Part shown: piece by piece, positions 1-12,600 of the stretch | Position numbering within the stretch: position 1 is the stretch's first letter | Layout of the letters: each line of letters starts with the position of its first letter | NCBI GenBank assembly: GCA_002633005.1 | Contig: NMRA01000281.1 | Location: 141,123-205,122, forward strand | DNA from: Phoronis australis | Lineage: Eukaryota; Animalia; Phoronida | Direction: 5' to 3' | DNA length: 64,000 nucleotides | Made by a program: the position numbers and the translations under genes | Notes under the pieces: generated by a model | Database searches by the model: none | What the model saw: the letters and a program-made list of their open reading frames with translations, nothing else | What the model was told of the DNA's origin: nothing

Positions 1-639
1 TTTTATAATCCTCTGTCGCAGTAACAGCAAAACAAATGTAGCCGAGCAGGGAGGACGAGGAGACCCATTGAAACGATCTCTGCTTCAGCGCCTGTATTTA
101 AAACGAAGTTAACGGGCGCATTAGGATAAGCGTAAGGATGGATGAATTGTTCCACGGAAAAAAAGAGAAGATAAAATCAGTCACTTTTGGTTGGGTGAAT
201 GTTACCATAGGTTAAAGTAAAGATGCAATAATCGTATTCCAAAACTTGTTTGTCTTTCTCTTTACGTCACCTAAGGCGCTTATGTCTCCCGTACAATGCG
301 CCAGTGATGAATTTGGATGTACAAGTTGTGCTTATTTAGGTGTACAGAAATTCCTGTCCGTGCTCATCGAACCTCGTTTTGTCCGAAGATGTTTCAAAGC
401 AACCAGTGTTTGGTGATGGTACTATCATTTTGTACACATCATTATGCTATTTGGCATTTTAGAGCTTGTAATTGCGTTGTTAACCCAAAAGCACGTGTGT
501 CGTCTTGAAACGAAATAAACATTTAAGCTTTTCATTTTGTAGAGTCGGGTCAGATACGATGAGGTATTGTGGTTGGATGTGATAGATTTCTTGAAGTTTT
601 TGTCTTTAACCACAATTATAACACAATAAAATCCGTTTT

Positions 640-780
640 ATTCCAAATCACCGATTCTCGCAGTTGTTAGTGCTGAAATCAAGTCTGGTTAAATACATAT
701 ATGTTAATCAAATGTGATCTAGTCCTTCAGAAGAGCGTAAAACTGCGTCCGCGGAATTTCCACATTCTATTCCGCGCTAA
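640..780. repeat. Old interspersed repeat fragment, family B (homologous to about 39205-39405)
   Basis: Shared colinear blocks CAAATC.CC..TTCTC..AGTTGT, CTGAAATCAAG, GTTAAATAC, GTAAAA(A)CT and TTCCA...TCCGCGCT. Confidence 0.55.
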
Positions 781-1799
781 GGCTGGTCTCACAAAACCAT
801 TTTTCTCTCCGATAATAGTCCTTTAGTTAGTGCAAATAAGAGTCTTGCAATTAGACTTCCGGTTTTAATTTAAACCATGAAACATATTCGTATTAGCCGT
901 CAAATTTACGTAATGTAGATTGGGAGAAATCACAATTTTAGCAAAAGCCTTTGCAACTGGTGCTTTTATGTTTAAATGCTACCTTTTCGAGTCACTTGGT
1001 CTATGTTTTCTTTTGCAAAAAATCCCTCGAATGCCCTCTGAATGACATTTCATTATTACTAACGTTGAAAACATACCAGCGAGCTGGAACTTGTTGAACA
1101 TCAAATATTAGTGCCACTTAAACTACCGGGAATTAGAAGTCATGCATAATTTGAACAGAAAATATCGGAGTGGACTCGATCCGAATAATTAACTGGACTC
1201 CATCTAAAATATTTATTGAGTAAATCAAACAGCTATCTCAGGAAAACGAATCCGCGAGAACGCGTGTGTTTGAGTGGTTTAGTCGAGTAAATTTGCGATC
1301 ATTACGGGGAATGGGAAATTCTAGTTTGCCTATTTACAAGAAATCCAGTGAATTTCTTTCAGATACTGTTTATGTAAATGAGCACATCTTCGCTGTATTC
1401 AATGTTTGATGCCAGAAGAAACTCGCCTTTTCCTATGCGAACAGAAAAATAGAGTCTGTTTGATAACTACCGATTTCCTTTTCAGCAAATCATTGTGCGA
1501 TATAGCGAACCCAGTTCTTAGCATTTGGACATGTCGTGATGTGGCCAGATTTAGGCGTGCAGCGATACGCCGTAAAATGTAACAACTGTTACAATTTACG
1601 TCATTGTTACATTTTACATTGCTAAGCCTCTCCTAAAATGTAACAAGTTGTAACATTTTACATAGTTGTTACATTTTACGTAGTTGTTACATTTCACGTC
1701 GAACGCACATGCGAGAAATGTACCATAGTTACATTTGGCGAAAGCCAGGTCGTACTGCAAAGAAAATGACCAAATCACGAACAAGTTATATCTGACACG

Positions 1800-2080
1800 G
1801 CCGGGGGATACTGGAGTATTTTTAAACGAGAAGTGCCGCCCGAAAAAATTAAATACCTACCCGTTTAGAGAGTGGGCTCGAACAAAAAAGCGACCCAGTT
1901 AGAGACAAATTTGTTTAAAAATTCACATTTTAACACTTCTGTTCCAGAAATTCAGTAAAGCCACCTTTTAGATATAGTTTCGTCGAAAATGGCGCCATTT
2001 TGGAAAGTATTTTTTCTGTGAAAAAACATACTTTTGGACTGCAGTTTTAGTGTACATCTTCTATAGGAATGACACGGGCT
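1800..2080. repeat. Degenerate interspersed repeat (CCGGGGG...GTGCCGC type), nested in the element above
   Basis: Begins CCGGGGGATAC...AAGTGCCGCCCGAAA...ACCCGTTTAGAGAG. A related segment occurs at about 10310-10420 (GACGTGCCGCTCAGAAA...ACCCACTTCCCTATGAAAG). It resembles short non-autonomous repeats common in marine invertebrates; the family cannot be assigned. Confidence 0.3.
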
Positions 2081-2100
2081 GACACGGCATGGATTTTGCT

Positions 2101-2220
2101 ACCTATTATCATTTTATTAGTATTACATTACTATCACTACTGTTACTGCTATTAATACTCTTACTACTATCACTAGTATTATTCGTTTTCGTTTTCATTA
2201 TTATTATTATTATTGATATT
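2101..2220. repeat. Degenerate (TAT/TAC)n microsatellite
   Basis: Runs of TATTAT, TACTAT and TACTGT. Confidence 0.75.
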
Positions 2221-5200
2221 TTAAAATTTATTTATTGAGGACACAATACATGTTTAGCAAAGTGCTAATACATCATGATCCTCAAAGATTTTAAAATCAT
2301 CTCATTTATGGTTCAATGTTGTCATTGGGCTTTCCATAGTGGTCGGCGAGTGCTATCCAAAAGGATATTAAAGGGGCCCTTATGTTCAGCTTTGACGATA
2401 TTGTGATAAATGTCTTGACATCTGTGGATGCAGAGTAGGCCTACATTTTGGAAACGAGGAGGTTAAGATTTAAAATCTTGTTTAGGCTTGCACCAACTTC
2501 AAAAATTGATTATTTCTGAACTATCGGCAAGCACTGTATTATTTGTAAATATAACTATATCCATCTGTAGTTTGCCACGAAGAACTGAATTCAGTCCGCA
2601 ATATTGCCTCTGACTTGTTGAAAACATTCCTTGTTAAAAAAGTGGGGATCGTTCCACGATGATGTGTAAGTTCAAAAAATTGCGTTAAGTTGACCTCTGG
2701 AGGCACACAGTTTTCGAGAACTACCGACTAGTCGGCTGCGGTTACCGGGTCATTAGAATAGCTGGTAACGCACATACAAAACACGCAACGATTTTATGTG
2801 GAATGAGCCCCAATATTTTTAGAAAAGCACAGTGATTTAATAGTATGATTTGAACAAGGTTTCATCGAAAGTGGAATGCATGGAACAAAAATCGCCAACG
2901 TCGAAGTCAGCGATGTTTAATATGAGCATTTAATGCAATGCATCAAAAGGATTAATGTGCCAAATTCGCTTCTCTGCGAGATGTAACACAAAAAGTGGCG
3001 TCTCATGAGACACGTGACTTCCCGTCCATTAATAACAGAATGTCCAATCTTTTTCCTTATGTCCTTCGAACTAACGACCATTGACCAAATAGCAATTTTA
3101 ATTCACATTTTATCTTAAAAGATAATGGAAAGAGAAAGTGCATGTTTTTATAGTCCGAAAGACCGACAGTTAGCTTTTTGGACTATTGTCCCTTTAAACT
3201 ATAGATTTAGACCAGGTTTGAGCGAAATGATCACGTCCCTTCAGCGCGCAAAATATTTTCTATTTTTATTTCCCCAGCTAAGCATCCCATTTTTTCTTAT
3301 ATACGTCACGGTTTGACCTGTTGTTACCACCAGTATTTCAGACAAGCTTGACATCATAGGAACAATGATATTTCTTTCGTTACTATGCTGCCACTTTTTT
3401 AAGCTAGTGACTCGCCTTCTCAGAGGCGATATTTTGCTGTTGCTTTAGCAAAATCTGTCAACCTGCCGGCAAATAAATGCGTGCTTTTATTTCCTTCTAC
3501 CACAATGTCTTTAAGGTGGTAGACAGCACCCGCCGGCATCAGAAACTTTGGTTTTGCTCCTTTTGTGTGAAGCAGGGCAATTACTGCATTAGCGATGACT
3601 CCAAGGACGAAATAAACCAAACTATCGTGGACTAAAACTAGTGTTTTTTTCTATCAAATTGGCTTCCTAAATTGAATTCTCCATGAAAAATTTTGTTATT
3701 GTCGTTCGTTCAAGAAAAAATACGATAAATATTAGCCAAATGCGATGTCATTGTTGTGCTTACCAAGGGAAGTGTGTTTACTGTAAGGTCGGATACACAA
3801 CTGGTTTATGAGCGCCAACAAAAGATTGCAAGAACGCTTTAACGATAAAAAAATTGTCACCTGATCCTGCAAACTCCTTTCGTGTGGAGTTGAAACTGTA
3901 CGCTGTACATTTTTAATTATACCATAAAACTACTCATGTTAAAAAACCATGGAAAGTACATAAGGACACATCTATAAAGTCGACCTGGCACATTCGATAG
4001 AATTTCATTCACACAATCCGAGAAAGAAGGCGTTAAGTGTGTCAACGGCTTTCCACTGTTTGACAAATACCATGCAAACTCAGGAAATATGACCTCGCTT
4101 TCGTAAAATGTAACAATGGTAGATTTCTTGCATGTGCATTCGACGTAAATTGTAACAATTTCATAAAATGTAACAACTTGTTACATTTTAGGAGAGGCCT
4201 AGCAACAATTGTTACATTTTACGAAATTGTTACATTTTACGGCGTACCAGTCCAGCTTGTCACAAGAGGGCGCTTATGCAGAATCCGCGATACAAATTAT
4301 ATTCAAGTGAATTATCCAACACAAACGTAAAATGAGTTGCTGTCATGGATACATCGTTCATTAACCGACCGTGGTGGTGAATATAATTGGACAATAGGAA
4401 TAGTCGCACTTCGGTTGTTCGCTTTGAATTAGTTGCATCCGCTTTTAGTCTTTGGCAGGTCTTATTTTGCAGCAACAAAAACACAATTTTTCCGTTATCT
4501 TTCATCATGGCTTCCTTAAAATAACACGAAATGCCATTACTAGAAATGAGGTCTTGCCAATGTGAATTCCTTTTTCACTTCTATTAATGAAGTAGCGGTA
4601 TTACTTTGATTGGCTTAATGGCTTTGCAGCGATTTCGTAAAATGTGCATCAAATGAAAATAAAAATATTGTATCATTAAGGTGATTTCCCTTTGATTCAG
4701 TATCCCCTCATTAAATTAACCTTACTTTAAGAGTTTCAGATATGGCACAAAAACATTTCAGTGTACTCTTTTCAAACATGCAGTGTCCAGTTAAAAGTAA
4801 GTTTATCTTTCGTTCTAACAAATAAAATTGTTGAAATTCCGTTATTAGAAAAAGAAGATTCCATTGCCAAACGGCGTGACACAAATATCAATGTTGGAGC
4901 CTGTCCTTAAAGAGACGCTGTCGTTTTACTGCCGAAAACGCATTTTTGGGATTAGTGATGGACGGGATAAAGTTTTTAAATTGATTAGCTTGGACCAGAG
5001 TTACAAAATAAAAAATCCATTGTGGTTTTCTTGCGTTTGTGTATTTTTTCACAAATCGGCAATTCTCGCCGATGTCTTCCAGTCATTCCCTGAAATCCAA
5101 GGAGGTTCCAGTTGAATCTTGGCTGGGGCTGGCTTCAGAAAACCATTCTTGTCTTCGGTAACGTCACTTTAAGTTAAAAAAATAGTGCTTAGACACGATC

Positions 5201-5419
5201 AGTAAACTGCTTTGTCGTTGTTTGATGCTAACGTCGCGTACCGCAACTGCCAAGCCGCGAACATCCGAACCTTGAGGATGAAACAACCTGCCGTGGACGG
5301 ACGGGTAATGGACAACTTTGTCCAAAAGTACACAATGAAAGCAACACCGTCCATTGGATGTTTACTCAAAATATAGCATGCATTTCCAACATGTATTCGC
5401 TGGCGATATTCTCCAACCA

Positions 5420-5674
5420 GCTTTAGTCCGTTGAGCCAAAATTCTTGAGACCGTAGTGAGAACTATGTCGGTGGAATCTCAAAAATGAGGAAAAACGAGT
5501 GGAGGCGGCGTTGAGCAATCTGAACAAAAAGCCCCCCCCCCACCCCCCCANGCTTTAGTCCGTTGAGCCAAAATTCTTGAGACCGTAGTGAGAACTATGT
5601 CGGTGGAATCTCAAAAATGAGGAAAAACGAGTGGAGGCGGCGTTGAGCAATCTGAACAAAAAGCCCCCCCCCCC
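5420..5674. other. About 122-bp exact direct duplication across a single N (assembly junction)
   Basis: GCTTTAGTCCG...AAAAAGCCCCCCCCCC occurs at 5420-5541 and again at 5552-5674, separated by a poly-C tail and N at 5551. Confidence 0.92.
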
Positions 5675-8368
5675 TATTTTTGGATCCAGGAATTCCTGAC
5701 ACAACATTTTCTAACAGGTAAATAGTTTAATTTCTGCTTTTCAAGTTTTTGAGTAACAGTTGCACACCACCTTTCTCAAGAATCAAGAACCAAGAATCTT
5801 TATTTAACGTCGTTCGAAGAACAGGCTAACATTAGCCAGTTGGGCTATTTCTACATTAAATGTAACAGAAACATGGAGAAAAATGGAACTAAAGCTAGGG
5901 ATGGATATCAACACCGAGATATGAATGTAAATAACAGTTGGTAAATCTAAATGACAAAAAGTTTATGACGTGCGCGATTTAGTGATGTGCAGTTCCACAA
6001 AAACATGTTCTCACAGTCGCGGTCCACGATACTTTTTCTGAGAACGTAATTCCGTGCGCGTATAGTTTGATAGATAAAAACTACCCCTCCCCGAGTCGAT
6101 ATAGCTTGTTAATAGGAGACGTGTCAGTCAACTCGCCGTCAGAGGCATTAGCAAGGTCAGACTCGTGACCCGGCGAAGCAATTTACAAGATAAAATGGTC
6201 GTTTTAATGTTAAAACATGCACAAATTGCGCGTCATTTTTCTTACCATTAATCAGCATGGCAAAGATTTTGTCACATTTCTTTGCAACATGAGTGTAACA
6301 AGGGGTTCATAAAAGTACATCTGCCGCTTCACAAAAACATCGAAGTTTGCCCCGCTGTATTAACGCTCGTTACTATTATTTTAATGACATTCTTTTTGCA
6401 ACGTTGTCTCGTTTTTGGTCTATTCCCAGCTAGGTAAAAGTAAGGCGGTACCTGAAGGTCACGTGGTTCCATAGCGGGACGTTGGTCACTGGTCTTGCAA
6501 ATTTTTGCGAAAAAAAGAAAAAGAAATACACCGTGACGTAAAAACATGGAAGTAGTTTGACAAAAAAGCCCCAGACAACTAAATTCGATAAATTCTTGTA
6601 ATTCTGTTCAAATTTGCGCGTTTTATTTGTGCTTCTTAGACGCCCATTACGTCACTTTAAACATTTTTGAGAATATATTTATTTTCACGTTGACAGTTTT
6701 ACACTCAGTTGAACTTTAAACAAAGAATTAGGATAAAATACAACTGAGAGCTGTTAGGACGATTAAGCAGCTCAAGAATTCCCAAGATTTACAACTCGTC
6801 AAATATTATGGCATTTGAATATGTTTATAATAAACGTCGGCAATAAATCATCAGAAAGTGAAAATCTCGCGCCGTTTCCCGCAGATGTGAGTCGATGAAA
6901 TTCAAAAACAATGTATTCACCATCTGGAAACCACATTGCGGTGTCGAACTGCCCGAACCATGTGAAGTGCCGCAAACAGTCTTCACGACAACCATCAGTC
7001 ATTCTAATGTCGCTGGGAATTTCATCAACATCTGGGTACGTTACAACTGCAGGACGATTAAGTCACCAAACGCGAAGGTTTATTGTTTTAAGAGACATTC
7101 GACAAAAAATATTTGTTTTGTGTTCCTAAATCTATTGTTTATGCGAGTAACGCATTTCCGAGGAAAACGACCACGCCGTTTTGATAGTTACCATAGCAAC
7201 TGACTATTCGCTTTTGAAGATGTCTCTTTGCTTATAATAAATTGTGACTTGATGATACAACCTGTGCTTGCTGAGATATAAAAGCGATCCTACACTAAAA
7301 GGTTAAATCTTTCTTCTAGCCAATGTAAGTGCAAATAAACGTCATTGGCCGTGTTCAATAGGTTTGCAATGCAATTTCCAGGGAATTTATGTTCGAGAAA
7401 TCATTACTGCATAGACTAAATGATTATCATGTGCAAATGAAACGAGGTATAGTTATTATTTTGATATTATAGTTGCATGGTTAAGGGCTAATCTGAATAT
7501 ACCCCGCGGCCAGTGTCTGTAGGCGGATCAATGGCTTGAGACAAGAGGTATAAAAATGTGCCGTTTTAAGTATTACGTTTCTAATTAAACCTGATTTTAT
7601 ATTGACGAGATTTAAACTGAACTTTATGCGTGAATCCAAGTGAAAAAGTACAAGATTGCAAATTTTCAAAACCTTTGTATTGACAGCAGTTCCTAATTCA
7701 AGGGGACCAGAAATCTTTGAAGAAAACTAATGAGACGTCTCGGGTGAAATCTGGCCACGGATGAAGCCTGCTGTAGCGGCTTACGTCATACCAAAGACGT
7801 AACCGAGTTGGGTTCCGTGGACGCAGGAACCTTGCGAAGGAAGCTGGTGTGCTTGTAATACGCTGCTATGTCTTGTGAAGTTTTACGTGATCTTGTGCTT
7901 TTGAGAGATTCTCGCGTCTACGAAACGCTGGCCTGCTTCTGTCCACCCTGCAAGATGGACATCACACTTAACGCTAAATATTCTTTCCAGTAAAACTCAG
8001 GCAATTTTAAGTCTGGTGCTCGTTCGTGGTTATACATGTATTTTGCAAGAGATCTCATTTAGTTAAAAATTCTCTTGAATTCCTTCGTTTTACCAGTTTT
8101 GAACGTAGAATGGGCTCCATCAGTCGCAAAATTTTGCTTAAGTTCGATGTTATTCACATTTTGTTGGTTCACCATCAGGAATTAAAAAGACAGTAACGTT
8201 TATATGCTGTTTTAATTCATATTTTTAAATGACTCAAGATGAAAAGGGATGGCTTAGAAAATAGTTCAGACTTTCAAAGTCATGTGTTTATTATTGGGTA
8301 GTTATTATCTTATTACTGGGGCGTTATTATCTATAATGATGTGTGAAAGCGTCTTCAGCCTGGGCTCA

Positions 8369-8464
8369 TAGCTGGCTTAAAACAAAAATAAGATTAGTCT
8401 TTACTCTCGCTAAATTGGTCTCATAATATTTTGTTCCCTGTCAGGATTCCGTTTTCGTTACCAA
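8369..8464. mobile_element. Solo arm of hairpin MITE-like family A
   Basis: TTAAAACAAAAATAAGATTAGTCT...CTCATAATATT...ATTCCGTTTTCGTTACCA aligns with 9325-9417. Confidence 0.65.
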
Positions 8465-9287
8465 CTCAAGTCTCAGCCAATACGTCCATGCCCCATCTCC
8501 CATTTCACAATTTCAGTGTTAGCAGACCCCAATATGATAAAGGAATTTTTCTTAAGTCATAGAATGTTACCAAATAAACTAGGCAGGTTTCTGTAGAATT
8601 CTGTCAGACTCTGCCAAACTTGGACGGACATCTTGTCAGGCTTAGTATTTTCCAAATTAGTAAAACATTTGTCGCAATCAAATGGCATTTTTGTCGAACT
8701 TCAGTCAGAGGTTAATGTGACATCATAGCGCCGAGCCGTTAATTCTTTAGTTGTTAATGAATTTGCGAGTCAAGTTGTCGCGATTTCGACAAAGTGTGCG
8801 CAGACACGCCTGTCGAGATTTTGTCGAAAATTTGCCGGAACGGAAAGATGTTCTAGTTCAAAAAATAACTATTCTGCCCGCTCCAATTTCGATGTTGCCC
8901 AGCTTATTTTAAAAATTGTCATTGCATCTCCCAAATTTTGTCTTAAGCCAAGGGAGGTGATCACAATCAAAATATAAGGTAAAAGGTCTGGTGACTTCAA
9001 TGGGTTTTCTCAAGGGACGTTACTTTCAGTGATGGTCTTGCAGATATCACAAAACCTTCTGGGGGATATCTAGGAGAGAACATAGTCTTTCATTGAATGT
9101 AAACTGCTGCTTTGAGAGGTGCGAATGATGAACTGTCAAAACAAATGACGCCGTTAATCTCATCTGTATCGGTTTTCAAACAGCCACCGAATGAACACAA
9201 CGTTTTAACGTTACTTTTCTATCTCATATCAATAGGAATCCCTGCCTTTAACACCAAAACACAGCTTTTACCGTTTTAGGGCATCAA

Positions 9288-9668
9288 ATGAATATCGTTA
9301 AAGATGTATTTTGTCCTGACTAGAGGGTTAAAAAACAAAAATCGAATTAGGTCTACTGCTCTCATTAAACCACTCTCATAATATTGTTTATCCTGCACCA
9401 TTCTATTTCCGTTACCATCAGGAGCAACGAAACCGTGAGCTACTCTAGAAAACGCTTCAGACTGAGAGTTTAGTGGGGCTGGACAACCATAAAGTTACAA
9501 ATTCGTAAATGACTCCTGTGCGCATTTTTGTGTCTTGGTAACAGAAATGGAATCGTATCACGACAAACACTATTTTGAAACCGATTTTATAACAGCCAAA
9601 AGCCTTATTCGATTTTCGTTTTTAGCCAACTCAACAGTGCGAAATGAAGCTTTAAATGAAATATTCAT
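9288..9668. mobile_element. Hairpin MITE-like element, family A (about 130-bp imperfect inverted arms)
   Basis: The left arm 9288-9417 (ATGAATAT...AAAAACAAAAATCGAATTAGG...ATTCTATTTCCGTTACCA) is the reverse complement of the right arm 9536-9668 (TGGTAACAGAAATGGAAT...CCTTATTCGATTTTCGTTTTT...ATATTCAT), about 70% identical by eye. Confidence 0.7.
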
Positions 9669-12600
9669 AAATTACTATCCCGTATGTTGTCACATTCTTT
9701 TGCTGTAGATTTACTTTCTAAAATGAAACCCACAACAAATTCAAGTGTTGGGTTCATTTGAAAATTCATCATAAAATATATACTTTGAAAACCTTTACTG
9801 ACATGTTTTGATTTAAGAGGCTTGCGTTGAAACACGTTTCATGAAGTTTTAGTAAAATGCAGCAGGAAGAATGCTGGACTTCGCTAATCAGCAAACACTA
9901 TCCCATACTCTGACAGTGTGAGCTATTCCTTACTCTACACCTATCGAAGGCTCGATATCAGTAATATCCCACAGATTCTGTCCACAAATGCTGCAAAAGT
10001 TTTCAATTCATTGGGCCGATACAGGAGCTCCGAAGTCGACAATAATTTCCACTTTATTATTTTTTTTCTGTTTAGCTTCAGCCATGAAGTCAAGATATTT
10101 ACCTGTGACTGTATTTGAGTATGCTACGATTTACGTGGATGAGAAAAAATACAAGTTCGCTCTTTTTTTTGGCAAAAAGTTTTATTGTTATCTTAATGTT
10201 CGCTCTTGATGACCCTAGATTTAAAACTACATATCCGGCTTGCTGTCTACTACCAATTACGAAATTGGTTCATGTACTCTAAGTACAGAACTCAGGAATT
10301 CTTCCACAGAACAGGTATGCGGGACGTGCCGCTCAGAAATGCAACTTTTTATGACCCACTTCCCTATGAAAGGGTGTCTTTTCTAACAAAGTTGCTAACG
10401 CACGGGTACCTCTTCTGACAAAATTTCCAACGTACAATAAGGATGCCTTTGATTCCACACAAATTGGATCCTTTCGGGAGTTCGAAATTCTATAAAAGGC
10501 TCCCTTTCTAAATAACACAAGTCTACAGAAAGGTTTTACATGTCATATATTTTCAAAACTTTGATTGCAAAGATGGACTCATTTTTGACAAAACGGCAGT
10601 GTTTCTGCAACAAAGCCTTAGAAGGATACGACTGTTTTTTTTCATGGACGATCGCCACAAATGAGTTCCTTTTTGGAGTCAATTTTCTAATTGGGTGGGT
10701 ATCACCATTTTCTAACTTCAACCTCATAAAAATGTAGTCGGGGTGCAAAAACAATCAAACTTATTTCGAGTTCATACTAACTAAAGTTGAAACGTTTGCG
10801 TTCCAGTTCGACCTCAGAGATTGCAGTTGGGGTCCTACAGGTATGTTCACAAAATGCCAGTCAGTCCATGGATGGCTGACGGTGATGAGTTACCACAGTT
10901 TGCCGCTCTCGGCAACCGTTGTGACATCCTGAGCCGAGGCTTGCATAATTAACGCTCGTCTTTGTTTAAAAAGAAAATATTTTCCGAGGAAGCAGCTGAA
11001 AATTCAGCAGTAAACTGATTGAAGTAGAAAGCAATTCACGCGATTTAACGCACGTGCAATTATCTTAACGTCATATGATTTATTCATAAGAGTAAATAGT
11101 TTTTATTAAAATAACATAATAATAAAACATTGGTTCCCCAAAGTACACACGAATCACGCAATGTCATCACGTTTCGAAAATCGTTACACTGTAATAATGA
11201 AAATTCCATGCAATTGCATCATTCCGAAGATACACGACCTTGCATGACAATAGCGGCTTTAACAAACAATAATTTTGTTCTTTATGACACATTCCATTCC
11301 TATTGCCTACTTTTTCAATAGTTTTGATTGCCACAAGTCTGTACCAACGCAATGGGTTCTTTAAAAAAAACTCTCCTGTAATGGAGGAACAAAATATGTT
11401 CAACTCGGCCATTGCTTCGTTCACCCGCTGAGACAATATAATTTACCGTCTGATTCTTGGAATGGAAATGTAACCCAAAGTGGGACAAATCCCAAAGTGA
11501 AGTAAGAATTTTTAGGAGTATTCGTGATTTGTTGTGCCCGCTGTTACGCTAGTGTTTGTTCTGAGAGTCTAAAGAAAGAGCAGATTGCTCATAATGATGA
11601 TTCCGTCGACAGCTGCGTCTGGTGTCAATTTCATTCCTTGACGAGACTCCTGAATGCGAACAAATTGCTAACATCACTCCCCGACTACGAAGGAATGTTT
11701 GCAGTTTTCACCGTGAGCGACAGACACTGTGAAACGAGCCTGTACACGACACTGGGGTTTCCGTTCAGCGAAATAAGTTGTGAATGCCGATGCCTTCAGC
11801 AGATGGACCGTCGTGGTAGGTTAGTTGTGATCGACACAAGCTCGATATATCAATCTGCCGGTCAACTGTGGGCCGCCGCCGCATACGGTCTATCTGGTCT
11901 CAATAGTCGTCAGCATATGAGGGAAGCTTTCGCAGGTGCCCGTAATTTGAGCCGACTCCTGCAGCGGGATGCGGAATCTGACAAGCAAGAAATCAGGATA
12001 CACGCAGGGCTTTTTAAGATAACTACCAAGAACGTTGCTGAGTAGCTGTTGGCATTTTGCAAAGATAATATTACAACATACACAGCTAGGCTGTTATCTT
12101 GCCAATTTAATGATCGCTAAGCAGCCCTAGTTTTTGTTTAGAATTTTTGGTGTGAAAGAGGAATTTGAGCTTGCCACTTGTGAAAGCCGAGCGCTGAGGA
12201 AATCGTCAAGACAACACATCTTTTTGTTTGGGCGCGCATTTGTACTATCGTGTTACCAGTATTGTAAATGGCTTACTGTCTCTCGATTGGAATGATTAAT
12301 TAAACCAATTAAACTTGCCAAACAGCCGTCGACTATTTCTCGAATTTGCGGAATCGGAAGCATTTACTCAGTTTCGGCGCGGAAAACATGCTTTTAGTAA
12401 ACGGACTGAAATTCGATTCAGCAGCAACCCCTATTACTTGACAAATTGAGATCAAACTTTCGATTGTTCATGCTTAATTCAAATGAATGTGGTTATGGCC
12501 ACGGCTTGGGGAACATTTTCTACGCTCATTTTTCTTTCACAACAAGCCACTTTTCAAGAAACTAGGTCACCATCTTCCGTCACCAAATTGTTGTAACATC

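Larger units (their letters stand above)
1566..4246. mobile_element. Putative non-autonomous foldback/TIR DNA element, about 2.7 kb, with long imperfect inverted arms (1566-1752 and 4090-4246)
   Basis: The left end TACGCCGTAAAATGTAACAA is the exact reverse complement of the right end TTGTTACATTTTACGGCGTA. Similarity continues inward through CCTCTCCTAAAATGTAACAAGTTG, GCACATGC.AGAAAT.TACCAT and CGAAAGC.AGGTC. The arms are built of AAAATGTAACA subrepeats and both outer ends are TA. No transposase ORF inside. Confidence 0.7.

Noticed and set aside
11524-12045. 173-aa Cys-containing ORF
   Set aside because: GTG start, no recognisable fold or zinc-finger spacing, no clear exon structure. A small exon cannot be fully excluded without RNA data.
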